Notes: generated by a model from the letters alone, not told the origin. A DNA stretch of 30,000 nucleotides from Kosakonia oryziphila (GCF_900094795.1 NZ_FMBC01000014.1:56107-86106), one strand, 5' to 3'. Counted from the stretch's first letter, positions 8,135 through 18,002 are shown. Translations and numbers: made by a program.

Positions 8135-8288
8135 ATGTGCACACATCTCATAAAACGTAATGCGATTAATTATTTTTTACTCTCGGATTTCTCTCGCTCT
8201 GATAGCGCATTTTAGCAGACGCAAGCGCTTGTACTGCCCGCTGATCATCGCGAAGAGAGCCGTTGGCGTCGGGCGTCTTTTACGCTAA
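8135..8288 (+). pseudogene. possible relic of the N-terminus of a tyrosine recombinase/integrase (frameshifted and truncated)
   Basis: Frame a gives MCTHLIKRNAINYF. Shifting frame at the YF gives IFYSRISLALIAHFSRRKRLYCPLIIAKRAVGVGRLLR*. Together these resemble the HLxRRxGxYYFRRRIPxDLxxHFGxKxEIRRSL N-terminal motif of some island integrases (DUF6538-type, from memory). The relic lies 90 nt 3' of a tRNA gene, and no catalytic domain follows. Confidence 0.3.
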
Positions 8289-8707
8289 AACATGGTTGTA
8301 TCGTTGAATATACCACGGAGCTTCTAAGAAAATGACTTTAAAACAGAGGTTAATTGTGGTGAACAATCGTAGCAAGATACAATAATCATTAATTTGTAAT
8401 GTTGTTATTACTTGTGCCCGATTAACTATTAATAATAGGGAACTTCCAGCAACGCGATACGTAAGTAAGCATATTTCTCTTCGACCAAAATAAATGAAAT
8501 TCGTACTGTCATTACATTAATATGTACTCGTTACTGAGAGGGTGTGAGCGAATCCCATGTCTGTTGATTCTGCGGTTAACCGCCAGTCCCGAACGATACA
8601 TGTTAATAAATGCTGTGGCAACGTAACCGGCAGGTTATATTGCCACCGGATCAGAAACGACGCTCATTATTTGTTTACCATGCGTCATTTAAGGATGTGA
8701 TACAACG

Positions 8708-10375
8708 CTACGAGTGCGAGTAGCGCTTTTGCGGGCTGGTGCAGTCATTCTCTTTGTTCAGCCGCTGGATGATGTCCTGGCGCAACAGGAACTTTTTGAT
8801 CTTACCGGATGATGTTCTGGGCAGCTTATCGACAATGACGATGTGCTCTGGATATTTATACTTCGCCATCCGCTTACGGCTGAAAAAGGCTACCACATCC
8901 TCCAGGCGTACTGCTGGCTCCCGCGTTTTCAGCACCAGGTAAGCACATGATCGTTCTCCCAGACGCTCGTCGGGCATCGCCACCACGCAGGCATCCTCAA
9001 TAGCCGGATGCTGTAACAGCACATCTTCCACTTCACGGCTGCTGATGTTCTCGCCGCCGCGAACGATGATATCTTTTTTACGCCCGGTAATGCTGATATA
9101 GCCCGCGTCGTCCATCCGGCAGAGATCGCCACTGTAGTACCAGCCTTCGTTATCCAGCGCCCGGGCGGTCAGTTCCGGCTCATCCAGATAGCCCATAAAC
9201 ACATTCGGGCCGCGCGAGGCCTCTTCTCCTTCCATACCGCGCGGCAGCGTTTTGCGCGACTCATCCACCACCTTAATTTCCACGCCAGCAGCGGCATAGC
9301 CATCGGTATTCATCATGCGCGGCAGCGGATCATTGAGATTCACCACCGCGTGCGGCGAACTCTCCGTCGAACCGTAAATGCTTAACAGCTTGATCCCAAG
9401 CTGTTGGCAGCCCTGCGCCACTTTTTTGGGGATAGTCGTTCCACCGCAAAGAAAGAAACGTAGCGATGACAGATCGGTGGGCTGTTTGCCGACGGCGCAC
9501 AGGATGTCATACACAAACGGCGTGGCGCCGAGTATACAGGTGCAGCGCTGTTGCTCCAGCAGTGCCAGACAGGCCTGCGGGGTGAAAATATCCAGCAATA
9601 CGCTGCGAGCACCGATCAGAAAAGGCGCGGTGACACCGTGCAAAAAGCCGGTTGCATGGCCGAGTGGTGCAGGCATCAGAAACACATCCTGCCAGGTGAG
9701 ATTCAACCGCGCGCAGTAAGCCCGTTCACTGGCGAGAATATTGTTGTGGGTTAGCATCACGCCTTTCGGCATTCCCTCGGTGCCGGAGGTAAACAGCACG
9801 GCGGCCAGTTCATCACCGTGAACGTCGCGCGGTGCGAGCAGTGGGGCGTTCTCCTGCATCAGTTGGCGGAAGCCAAGCGACGTGGTTGCCGGTGCCAGCT
9901 TATCCACGCCGACAATGCGTTGTAGCCAGGGCAACTGGTTTTGTAGTGGCAGGATCAAATCGACCAGACGCGTTTGCTTAAACAGCGTCGGAGCAAAGAA
10001 GATTTTTGCCTGGCATTTATTTAATACCCATACCAGTTCCGCTTCACGCCAGGCGGGCAGCAGCGGCACAGACACCGCGCCGGTTTTCAGGCAGGCCAGA
10101 TAAATCACCGTGAATTCACACCAGCCTGGTAGCTGAAACGCGACGCGATCGCCCGGTTGAATACCGCTGCTAAGCAACCATGTCGCCAGGCAACTTGCCG
10201 CGTGATCAAGCGCCGCATAGGTGTATGAATCACCATGATTATCCACCACGGCGAGTTTGTCCGGCATCGCGCGCAGGGTCTGGTGCCAATAATCACCCAG
10301 CGATGCATCGCCCCAATATCCTTGCCGCCGGTACGCTTCCCGACGTTCAGCATTAAACGTTATCGTGACACTCAT
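8708..10375 (-). CDS. fadK: medium/short-chain acyl-CoA synthetase (anaerobic)
   Basis: The 555-aa product is collinear with E. coli FadK/YdiD (LFTSGTEGMPKGVMLTHNNI, the AMP-binding motif, YYSGDLCRMD, ITGRKKDIIVRGGENIS, LPRTSSGKIKK). An AGGAAG RBS precedes the start. The C-terminal tail differs from K-12. Confidence 0.93.
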   Translation of the reverse strand: MSVTITFNAERREAYRRQGYWGDASLGDYWHQTLRAMPDKLAVVDNHGDSYTYAALDHAASCLATWLLSSGIQPGDRVAFQLPGWCEFTVIYLACLKTGAVSVPLLPAWREAELVWVLNKCQAKIFFAPTLFKQTRLVDLILPLQNQLPWLQRIVGVDKLAPATTSLGFRQLMQENAPLLAPRDVHGDELAAVLFTSGTEGMPKGVMLTHNNILASERAYCARLNLTWQDVFLMPAPLGHATGFLHGVTAPFLIGARSVLLDIFTPQACLALLEQQRCTCILGATPFVYDILCAVGKQPTDLSSLRFFLCGGTTIPKKVAQGCQQLGIKLLSIYGSTESSPHAVVNLNDPLPRMMNTDGYAAAGVEIKVVDESRKTLPRGMEGEEASRGPNVFMGYLDEPELTARALDNEGWYYSGDLCRMDDAGYISITGRKKDIIVRGGENISSREVEDVLLQHPAIEDACVVAMPDERLGERSCAYLVLKTREPAVRLEDVVAFFSRKRMAKYKYPEHIVIVDKLPRTSSGKIKKFLLRQDIIQRLNKENDCTSPQKRYSHS

Positions 10376-10445
10376 GGACTCTTCCTGGCCAATAAACCGT
10401 TAAACGTAGTGGATGTCTTTGCATGAATTTCAGACGGATTAGGCG

Positions 10446-10739
10446 TTAGCCGTAGCGGTAGTCAACGCCAAAGGTGCCTGCCGGGTAGTCCCAGTGTTCG
10501 AGAATGCTTTCCCCGCACAGCACACGGCAGGTGCCGCATTCAAGGCAACCTGCGCAGTCGAAATGGATATTGCCCTGCGCATCCTGCTTGTAGAGGTTGG
10601 CAGGGCAGGCGTTCAGCAGTTTGCGAAACTCATTAATGTTGGGGTTATCGGCCAGAATAATGTGCGGATGGCCTTCATCAACATGGAATTTATTGACGCC
10701 CAGCTTGACGTCAACGTTAACGCTATTTTCCTGGCTCAT
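10446..10739 (-). CDS. ydiT: ferredoxin-like protein (FixX family)
   Basis: The 97-aa product has the FixX-type cysteine pattern (CPANLY...CAGCLECGTCRVLC). Its start overlaps the ydiS stop as ATGA. Confidence 0.92.
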   Translation of the reverse strand: MSQENSVNVDVKLGVNKFHVDEGHPHIILADNPNINEFRKLLNACPANLYKQDAQGNIHFDCAGCLECGTCRVLCGESILEHWDYPAGTFGVDYRYG

Positions 10740-12025
10740 AGTGCGGTCGCCCCTTTGATGCCGTCTTTCAGTAAATTCAGCAGGCCGATTTTCTTCATGT
10801 GGGACATCATCATTTTGCGCACTGGCTGATTCGGGCTACCGTCAACCGTGAACATATCATTCATGATGCCTGCCACCATTTGCGGATACTGGGTAAACAG
10901 ACGCGGGTTTTCCATCAGGGCAGGAAGCTTGCGGAAATGCTGCATATCGCGCATCACGAAGCTCTGCTCCAGCGCGCGTTTATAGGCCGAAAGTGCGTGA
11001 GCCGAAAAATCCTGTTGCTGTCTGGTGGCAATCACGGTATTGGCCGCCGCTTCCGCCGAAGCGATGGCTAAGTCCATACCGCGTACCGTATAGCCCAGAT
11101 TGAGGCACAACCCGGCAGCATCGCCGACGATAATCACCCCATCGCTGACCAGTTGCGGGATCATCGCCAGACCGCCTTCCGGCACCATATGCGCCGAGTA
11201 TTCCAGCAATTGACCGCCCTGAATCAGCGGGCGAATGGCTGGATGCTGTTTAAAGTCCTCCAGCATTTGCGGCACGCTTTTCCGGGCCAGACCCATTTCT
11301 CCCAGCCCGCAAACCAGACCAATCGATACCGACTCACGATTAGTATAGAGAAAACCACCGCCCATCAGGCCATTTGACGGCGAACCGGCAAACAGCCAGG
11401 CTGCGCCTTCGTTCCCGCAGAGATTAAAGCGATCGTCGATTTGTGTGGAGGACAGGCCAATCAGCTCCTTCACGCCCACGGCATAATGGTGCGGCGAGGG
11501 CACCGGCACCATTCCCAGCGAGCGTCCCAGCAGTGAATTGACGCCGTCAGCGAGGATCACCACATTGGCCTCAAGAATGTCGTCACCTGCCTGCACACCG
11601 GTAACCTGATTGCCTTCACGGATCAACGCATCCACCCGGACACCCGGAATAAATTGCGCGCCCGCTTCTTCGGCTTGTTCCATCAGCCACGGATCGAGTC
11701 GGCTACGCAGCACGGTATAAGAGGCCTGTTCCGCGCGCTCAGATTTCTCGCGTTGAAAATCGAGGGTGACGGCGTTGTCATCGGTTAAAAAGGAGATTTT
11801 CTCCCGCGTGACCGTGCGCTCAATGGGCGCGTGTTGTGCGAATCCAGGCATGATGCGCTCAATACTGTGCGCGTAGAGCCGGCCTCCGGTCATATTCTTA
11901 CTGCCTGCGTTGTTGCCGCGTTCAATAACCAGTACATCCAGTCCGGCTTTGGCCATCACATAAGCCGCCACCGTTCCCGCCACGCCCGCGCCCACCACGA
12001 TGGCGTCAAATTTTTCATCCGACAT
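10736..12025 (-). CDS. ydiS: FAD-dependent electron-transfer-flavoprotein:quinone oxidoreductase-like protein (FixC family)
   Basis: The 429-aa product has an N-terminal FAD dinucleotide fold (FDAIVVGAGVAGTVAAYVMAKAGLDVLVIERG). Confidence 0.95.
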   Translation of the reverse strand: MSDEKFDAIVVGAGVAGTVAAYVMAKAGLDVLVIERGNNAGSKNMTGGRLYAHSIERIMPGFAQHAPIERTVTREKISFLTDDNAVTLDFQREKSERAEQASYTVLRSRLDPWLMEQAEEAGAQFIPGVRVDALIREGNQVTGVQAGDDILEANVVILADGVNSLLGRSLGMVPVPSPHHYAVGVKELIGLSSTQIDDRFNLCGNEGAAWLFAGSPSNGLMGGGFLYTNRESVSIGLVCGLGEMGLARKSVPQMLEDFKQHPAIRPLIQGGQLLEYSAHMVPEGGLAMIPQLVSDGVIIVGDAAGLCLNLGYTVRGMDLAIASAEAAANTVIATRQQQDFSAHALSAYKRALEQSFVMRDMQHFRKLPALMENPRLFTQYPQMVAGIMNDMFTVDGSPNQPVRKMMMSHMKKIGLLNLLKDGIKGATAL

Positions 12026-12066
12026 GCGTTATGCTCCCTTCCCGCAGCGCCTGCGGAATATGTACC

Positions 12067-13014
12067 TTAGTGGCTCAATTCACCTATCAGGGCCGGGACG
12101 ACTTTGTAGATATCGCCCACCAGACCGTAATCGGCGTAATTGAAGATCGGCGCATTTTTATCTTTGTTGATGGCGACGATCACTTTGGCGCCATTGCCGC
12201 CGACCATATGCTGGATCTGCCCGGAAATCCCCAGTGTCAGGTAGAGATCGGATTTCAGCAGTACGCCGGAGACGCCAACATAACGTTCGCGCTCCATCCA
12301 GTTTTCACCTTCGGCAATCGGGCGCGAGCAACCCACTTCCGCACCAAGCACGCTGGCCAGTTCTCGTACCATCGCAAGGTCTTCTTTCGCCGCCAGGCCA
12401 CGGCCAACGCCCACCACGCGCTTCGCTTTACTTAGATCCACACTACTCAGCGTTTTCGCGCGGCGTTCCAGGCAACGGATCTCGTGGCGCGGAGCAATAT
12501 AGTCCGCAGTGACAACCGGGCAGGTGTGTGACGCATCTGCGGCGGCAGGCTCCAGCGCGCCAGAGGCGAGGGTAATGATGGCGAGCGGGCCGTTGAGTTT
12601 TTCTTTGCCAAACGCCAGACCACCGTACATACGGTGTTCCGCCCAGACGCTGCCGTCGGCAATGGTGATCGCCGTGGCGTCGTTAACCATCGCCGCGTTC
12701 AATTGCACGCTCAGCCGTGCGCCCAGCGCTTTGCAACGTTTTGTCGCCGCCATCAGTAGTAATGATGGCTGACCTGCGGCGTCCTGCTCGATCCGCGCGG
12801 CAAGGGTCTCTGCGAAATTTTCAATGCATTGCAGTTCGGAGTGGGGTTCAAGCACTATCACGCTGTCGGCGCCAAGAGACTGGACTCGCTTGACCTGTTC
12901 TGCGCCATAGACGATGGCATGTACTTGCTGGCCCCAAAGGCGTGCGCCGGACAGTAATTCGGCATAGCGTTCTGCGTTATCGCTCAGTACCCATACGTGG
13001 GTTAATTGACTCAT
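12067..13014 (-). CDS. ydiR: electron transfer flavoprotein alpha subunit (FixB family)
   Basis: The 315-aa product has the ETF-alpha C-terminal FAD-binding signature (GCSRPIAEGENWMERERYVGVSGV...YLTLGISGQIQHMVG). Confidence 0.95.
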   Translation of the reverse strand: MSQLTHVWVLSDNAERYAELLSGARLWGQQVHAIVYGAEQVKRVQSLGADSVIVLEPHSELQCIENFAETLAARIEQDAAGQPSLLLMAATKRCKALGARLSVQLNAAMVNDATAITIADGSVWAEHRMYGGLAFGKEKLNGPLAIITLASGALEPAAADASHTCPVVTADYIAPRHEIRCLERRAKTLSSVDLSKAKRVVGVGRGLAAKEDLAMVRELASVLGAEVGCSRPIAEGENWMERERYVGVSGVLLKSDLYLTLGISGQIQHMVGGNGAKVIVAINKDKNAPIFNYADYGLVGDIYKVVPALIGELSH

Positions 13015-13034
13015 GGTGTTCTTCTCCGTTGAGC

Positions 13035-13799
13035 TTAATTGAGGGCTTTTTTCACGAGTTCAGCCAGTTCGGCAATCGCTTCGGGTGAATCATTGTCGAG
13101 GATGATGTGTTTGCGCGTGGTGGCTGGTGGTACGGTGATTTCCATCAGCTCCGCCTGCGGTGAGGACGGGTTCCAGCTAATGTCGCTGGCCTGCCACTGG
13201 TTGACTGGTTTTTTGCCCGCGCCAAGGATGGCTTTCATCGAAGGAATACGTGGGACGTTAATATCAGATGTGACACAGAGAACGGCGGGTGGCGTCAGTT
13301 CGATCACTTCGACCTCCTCTTCTAGCGTGCGCTCAACGCTGAGTTTGTCGCCGTTACGCTGGATGTTGCTGACGGCGTTAATCACCGGCAGTTGCAGGAT
13401 CTCACCCACCAGCAAGCCAACCTGTTGGGCGTAGAGATCCCCTGAACCTTCGCCAAACAGCATCAGGTCAAAGCTCATTTTCTCTGCCGCCACCGCCAGC
13501 GCTTGTGCAATTTCTTTCGGCAGGGCACGCTCCAGGCGTGCATCCTGCAACATAAACAGGCTGTCCGGGCCGCGAGACAGTACGTCTTTACGTACTTTTG
13601 AATTTTGCAGCAGCGAACCGCCAACGGTCAGGGCGGCAATCTCATCACCATCGCTGACGAGCTGCATCGCTGCTTCGATAGCATTGAGATCGAACTGGCT
13701 GATCTTCGCTGCCGCATTGTCAAAGCTGAGCGAGTGGTCGGGCGTGACCACGATGTCCTGTTCCTCAGGTACCAGTTTGAAGCAGGTTATTATTTTCAT
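13035..13799 (-). CDS. ydiQ: electron transfer flavoprotein beta subunit (FixA family)
   Basis: I place the start at the internal ATG at 13799 (MKIITCFKLVPEEQDIVV...), which has an AGGAG RBS. That gives 254 aa, as in E. coli YdiQ. The track's 364-aa extension runs through the AT-rich divergent promoter region. Confidence 0.93.
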   Translation of the reverse strand: MKIITCFKLVPEEQDIVVTPDHSLSFDNAAAKISQFDLNAIEAAMQLVSDGDEIAALTVGGSLLQNSKVRKDVLSRGPDSLFMLQDARLERALPKEIAQALAVAAEKMSFDLMLFGEGSGDLYAQQVGLLVGEILQLPVINAVSNIQRNGDKLSVERTLEEEVEVIELTPPAVLCVTSDINVPRIPSMKAILGAGKKPVNQWQASDISWNPSSPQAELMEITVPPATTRKHIILDNDSPEAIAELAELVKKALN

Positions 13800-14127
13800 G
13801 GCATCTCCTGTAAGTCGCGAGCGAATATTGGGCGTAGTGTCAATATCGACGGAAAGTAAAAAGTCACTGGAAATAGTGTGCGATAGCGGGATGCGCTTTT
13901 CGACGGGACAAGCTGTTTTCGTTGCTAACAATCTTGCAAAAAAAAGTGAGATAGCCATGGCAAAATAAAAGTAAGGGAAATTAATTTTCAGGCGTAAATA
14001 TATTATCTTGCATGCCGGGGAAATAATCTTGTTCTGCAACAGCGGAGAAGTATTGAATAACCGCAGTAGTCGCTCTATTTTACCCTTATTATTTTGTTCA
14101 GACTTATTCTTAACATGTGAGGTTGTC

Positions 14128-15039
14128 ATGTATCAGCGATGCTTTGATAATGCCATGGAACCCCCCTTTGTGCAGGGGGAAACGCCCCGATTTTCGCGTT
14201 TTGTCATCAGCGATGACCCGACCTGGGAATCCGGGCATCATGTTCACGATAATGAAACTGAGCTTATTTTCGTCAAAAAAGGGGTGGCACGATTAATTAT
14301 TGATTCGTCGCTGTATGTCGCGCACGAGAACGATATTGTGGTGATTGAGCGAGGTCGGTTACACGCTGTCACCTCCGATGCAAATGCACCTGCGACTACC
14401 TATACCTGCGCGCTGTATGGCTTTCGTTTTCACGGCTGGGAAGAGAGTCAACTATTGCAACCGCATTCGTGTCCGGTCATTTCTATCGGGCAGGCAAAAG
14501 AGGTGATTACCAGCATTTTTAATGAATTGAGCGTAATGTTGCCGCAAAGTAAAAATACATTAACATCTTCTGTCTATGATGCATTTGCTTATGCGCTGAC
14601 GGTGTTATACTTCGAAAACTTTAAAAATGCTTACCGATCGGAGCAGGGGTATATTAAAAAAGATGCATTAATTAAAGATATTCTGCTTTATCTGAATAAC
14701 AATTACCGTAAAAAAATAACGCTCGAACAGTTGTCAAAACAATTTCGCGCCAGTGTCAGTTATATCTGTCACGAATTTACTAAAGAATACCGTATTTCTC
14801 CTATCAACTATGTGATTCAGCGGCGGATGACGGAAGCTAAATTTGCACTGACCAATACCGATAATTCACTGGCCGAAATCTCTTTGCGCGTGGGATACGA
14901 AAACGTCGATCATTTTGCCAAGCTTTTTCTGCGTCATGGCGGTTGCTCACCCAGCGACTATCGTCGGCAATTTAAAAATAACGTGGTTGAATCAGAGTAT
15001 CTGTCCGATTTTTACGTGCCGGAAAAAATGCTGTATTAA
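14128..15039 (+). CDS. ydiP: AraC-family transcriptional regulator
   Basis: The start is the ATG at 14128 (MYQRCFDNA...) with a GAGG RBS, giving 303 aa as in E. coli YdiP. The product has an N-terminal cupin-like region and a C-terminal AraC double HTH (LEQLSKQFRASVSYICHEF...LAEISLRVGYENVDHFAKLF). Confidence 0.9.
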   Translation: MYQRCFDNAMEPPFVQGETPRFSRFVISDDPTWESGHHVHDNETELIFVKKGVARLIIDSSLYVAHENDIVVIERGRLHAVTSDANAPATTYTCALYGFRFHGWEESQLLQPHSCPVISIGQAKEVITSIFNELSVMLPQSKNTLTSSVYDAFAYALTVLYFENFKNAYRSEQGYIKKDALIKDILLYLNNNYRKKITLEQLSKQFRASVSYICHEFTKEYRISPINYVIQRRMTEAKFALTNTDNSLAEISLRVGYENVDHFAKLFLRHGGCSPSDYRRQFKNNVVESEYLSDFYVPEKMLY

Positions 15040-15044
15040 TTTAT

Positions 15045-15074
15045 CTGTAGCTCCCGGTGTCCCGGGAGCTACAG
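15045..15074. terminator. bidirectional terminator hairpin between convergent ydiP and ydiO
   Basis: A perfect 13-bp stem, ctgtagctcccgg-tgtc-ccgggagctacag, is flanked by A/T-rich sequence on both sides. Confidence 0.7.
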
Positions 15075-15081
15075 CATAGTT

Positions 15082-16230
15082 TTAATCCTGGTAGTCCTTC
15101 AGAATCTGGCGTCCGGCGATGTAAATCATAATCTCGTCAGTGCCGCCACCGATGCGTTCACAACGTACATCCCGCCAGAAACGAGAGACGCGCGCTTCAT
15201 CGGTATAACCCAGTCCGCCCATAATCTGGATGGCATCATCAATCACCTCCAGTGCGGTACGGGCGCAGTACAGCTTCGCCAGTGCAGCGCTGGTGCGCAG
15301 GGACTGCTGCTGATCGGCCTGCCAGGCTACTTTCAGTACCATATTGCGCATGTTCTCAACTTTTACCGCCATTAGCGCCAGTTTTTCCTGAATCATCTGG
15401 TTATGGCCAATCGGTTTACCGAAAGCAATGCGTTGATTGGCATAGCGCGCAGCATCTTCAAACGCGCACTCGGCAAAGCCGGTACTGCGGGCGGCGTTGA
15501 TCAGACGTTCCATCTCAAAGTTATACATCACGTTGAGAAAACCCATTCCTTCTTCGCCTACCATATCGCTCTCTTCAACTTCGACATTGTCGAGATACAC
15601 TTCGCAGGTGCTGAGCATATGCCAGCCGATTTTGTGCAACGGGTTAACTTTAATCCCTGGTTTTTTCGCGTCCACCCACCACAGCGTAAAGGCTCTTTTC
15701 GGATCTTTAGGCTGCGGATCGCGCGCCAGCACCAGCATGTAAGGGTATTCCTTTGCCCCGGTAATAAAGGTTTTCTGCCCGTTCAGGTAAACCTTACCGT
15801 TTTTGCGTGTGTAGCTGGTGGTAGCACTGTTGTTATCGGAACCTGCTCCCGGCTCGGTTAATGCCAGCGCATACGCCGGATCGCCGGTTTCCATCGTACT
15901 TTCCGCCGTTTTCCGTAGCTGCTCAGCGGAGCCGAAACGACGCATGCTATGGATGCACTGGCCGTTGGTTATAAGGAATGCCGGTGCACCGCATTTTGAT
16001 ACTTCCATCAGCGCCAACATCTGCGTGACATAATCTGCCGGGATGCCGCCGAACTCTTCCGGCACGCCGAGCATGGAGATGCCGTTATCGGCGAGTGCAC
16101 GCATAAATTCGCGTGGGTAAGTTGCTGTCAGATCGCAGGTACGGAAATATTCTTCCGGGAAGTTGCTGGTAATGAGTTCCCGGATGCTGGCAAGCAGCAG
16201 TTCCTGCTCTTCGGTTAAAGAGAAATCCAT
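15082..16230 (-). CDS. ydiO: acyl-CoA dehydrogenase family protein (proposed enoyl-CoA reductase of anaerobic beta-oxidation)
   Basis: The start is at the ATG at 16230 (MDFSLTEEQELLLASIRE...) with an AGGAG RBS. The product is about 382 aa, near-identical to E. coli YdiO as I recall it. Confidence 0.95.
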   Translation of the reverse strand: MDFSLTEEQELLLASIRELITSNFPEEYFRTCDLTATYPREFMRALADNGISMLGVPEEFGGIPADYVTQMLALMEVSKCGAPAFLITNGQCIHSMRRFGSAEQLRKTAESTMETGDPAYALALTEPGAGSDNNSATTSYTRKNGKVYLNGQKTFITGAKEYPYMLVLARDPQPKDPKRAFTLWWVDAKKPGIKVNPLHKIGWHMLSTCEVYLDNVEVEESDMVGEEGMGFLNVMYNFEMERLINAARSTGFAECAFEDAARYANQRIAFGKPIGHNQMIQEKLALMAVKVENMRNMVLKVAWQADQQQSLRTSAALAKLYCARTALEVIDDAIQIMGGLGYTDEARVSRFWRDVRCERIGGGTDEIMIYIAGRQILKDYQD

Positions 16231-16243
16231 TATTGTACTCCTG

Positions 16244-17839
16244 TTAATTGGCCGCTTCGGGTAACACAAATCCCATGGTGGCATCGATAAATAAGCGTGG
16301 ATCCATCGGTTTCAGGTCGGGAGAAATCACCGGCGTGAACGCCATTTTGTCCAGAATGTCTTTTTGCAGATCGATGCCCGGCGCAATCTCTATTAAATGG
16401 AGACCGTCCTCTTTCAGGGTAAATACTGCGCGTTCGGTGATATAACGGACGTCCAGCCCGCGTTCGAGGGCAATTTTCCCGCTGAAGGTAATTTCAGGCA
16501 GCGTGCTAATGAATTTTTTCACCCGTCCTTCCTGCACAATGCATAACTGGCCGTCGGTAATCTCGGTTTTCAATCCGGCGGCAGTCAGTGTGCCGCAGAA
16601 CACAATTTTTCGTGAGGTGGCGCTAATATCAATAAACCCGCCGGTGCCCATGATCTTGCCATTGAACTTATGCACGCTGACGTTACCGTATTGATCCACT
16701 TCGGCAAAGCTCAGGTAACACACATCAAGGCCGCCGCCGTGGTAGAAATCAAACTGCGAGGTCATATCGAGAATGGCGCGGGTATTGACGTTGGCGCCAA
16801 ACGCTACACCTTGTGAGGTGATGCCGCCGACTGGCCCGGTTTCCACCGTCAGAACGAAATCATCGGCACAGCCTTCTTCACGCGCCACCAGCCCGATGCA
16901 GTCGGCAATACCGACACCCACATTCCCCACCGCGCCTTTGCGCATCTCAAATAAGGCGCGGCGCGCCACCAGCTTGCGCTGATTGAGGGGCAGGGTAAGC
17001 TGTGTACTGTCGTCGAGCGTGAAATCACCAGAGATAAAGCGGTTCACCGGTGCGCCGCCGTACAACTGCGTCTGATTGGGATCCACCACCACGATATCCA
17101 CCAGATAACCCGGAATACGCACTGATTTCGGATGCAGCGTGGCTTTTTTCACCATTTTCTGCACCTGCATCATCACAATCCCGCCGTTGTTATGTACTGC
17201 CTGCGCCAGCACCAGTGCATCCAGATACATCACCTCATCTTCAAACGAGGCGTATCCTTCGCTATCGCAGGTGGTGGCGCGGATAAACGCGATGTCCGGG
17301 GCAATGGCTTTGTAGTAGAGGTACTCTTTGTTATCGATCTCTACCAGTTTGATCAGATCTTCCTTGGTGACTTCATTCAGCTTGCCGCCTTGCTGACGGG
17401 GGTCAACGAAGGTGCCCAGTCCGATATCGCTAAGGATACCGGGCTGATGGGCCGCAGCGGCGCGAAGTGTCTGTGTTAATACGCCTTGCGGGTAGTTATA
17501 GGCGGCAATTTTACCTTGTTCTGCTAGATCGGAGATGCGCGGCGATTGTCCCCAGTGTCCGCACAGCGCCCATTTCACCAGGCCTTCCTGTGCCAGCGGG
17601 CTGATCCCGCGATCGGCACGGTCGCCAAGCCCGGTTGGGCTGATAATGGAAAGGTTTCGCGGTGTTTGCGTCTGTTTATATTTGTCGGCTAACGCGGTGA
17701 TCAATGTGGTGGCTTCGAGAATGCCACCACCTGCGCCTAAGATGCACAGTGTGGCTTCGTCGGGAATATAGTCCACCGCTTCCTGTGCTGACAGTACAGT
17801 CACGCGCCCATTGAGGCGTGAGGGTCTTTCAGGTTTCAT
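16244..17839 (-). CDS. ydiF: acetate/short-chain acyl-CoA transferase (fused alpha-beta family I CoA-transferase)
   Basis: The product is 531 aa, the same length as E. coli YdiF, and is collinear with it. Confidence 0.95.
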   Translation of the reverse strand: MKPERPSRLNGRVTVLSAQEAVDYIPDEATLCILGAGGGILEATTLITALADKYKQTQTPRNLSIISPTGLGDRADRGISPLAQEGLVKWALCGHWGQSPRISDLAEQGKIAAYNYPQGVLTQTLRAAAAHQPGILSDIGLGTFVDPRQQGGKLNEVTKEDLIKLVEIDNKEYLYYKAIAPDIAFIRATTCDSEGYASFEDEVMYLDALVLAQAVHNNGGIVMMQVQKMVKKATLHPKSVRIPGYLVDIVVVDPNQTQLYGGAPVNRFISGDFTLDDSTQLTLPLNQRKLVARRALFEMRKGAVGNVGVGIADCIGLVAREEGCADDFVLTVETGPVGGITSQGVAFGANVNTRAILDMTSQFDFYHGGGLDVCYLSFAEVDQYGNVSVHKFNGKIMGTGGFIDISATSRKIVFCGTLTAAGLKTEITDGQLCIVQEGRVKKFISTLPEITFSGKIALERGLDVRYITERAVFTLKEDGLHLIEIAPGIDLQKDILDKMAFTPVISPDLKPMDPRLFIDATMGFVLPEAAN

Positions 17840-17924
17840 AATGACTCCAGGGATGCCCGTGTGATGCGGATATCCGGCTTTATTCGCCGGTGTTCAACCG
17901 TGAATTAAAGCCGAGCGCGTCCGC

Positions 17925-17944
17925 TGAATATTTGAAAATATTCA
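17925..17944. promoter_or_regulatory. perfect 9-2-9 palindrome TGAATATTT-GA-AAATATTCA upstream of ydiF (candidate operator)
   Basis: Read directly. It lies 86-105 nt upstream of the ydiF ATG. A further CCGCCTGAATAT half-site copy occurs at 17987-17998. Confidence 0.3.
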
Positions 17945-18002
17945 TCTCCGGGCATTATTTAATGTAGGGCGAAAACGTTTAGTTCCGCCTGAATATACTC
18001 TC

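Noticed and set aside
7885-8160. 91-aa + strand ORF
   Set aside because: It reads straight through the tRNA-Ser gene, so it is an artefact.
8615-8646. Hairpin GTGGCAA...TTGCCAC downstream of fadK as its terminator
   Set aside because: The stem is plausible, but no U-tract follows on the minus strand. I therefore left it out of the feature list.
13800-14129. N-terminal extension of ydiQ (track ORF 13035..14129) and the upstream part of the ydiP ORF (14008..14127)
   Set aside because: The two extensions overlap each other in the AT-rich divergent promoter region. The internal ATGs at 13799 and 14128 have good RBSs and give the lengths of the E. coli proteins.
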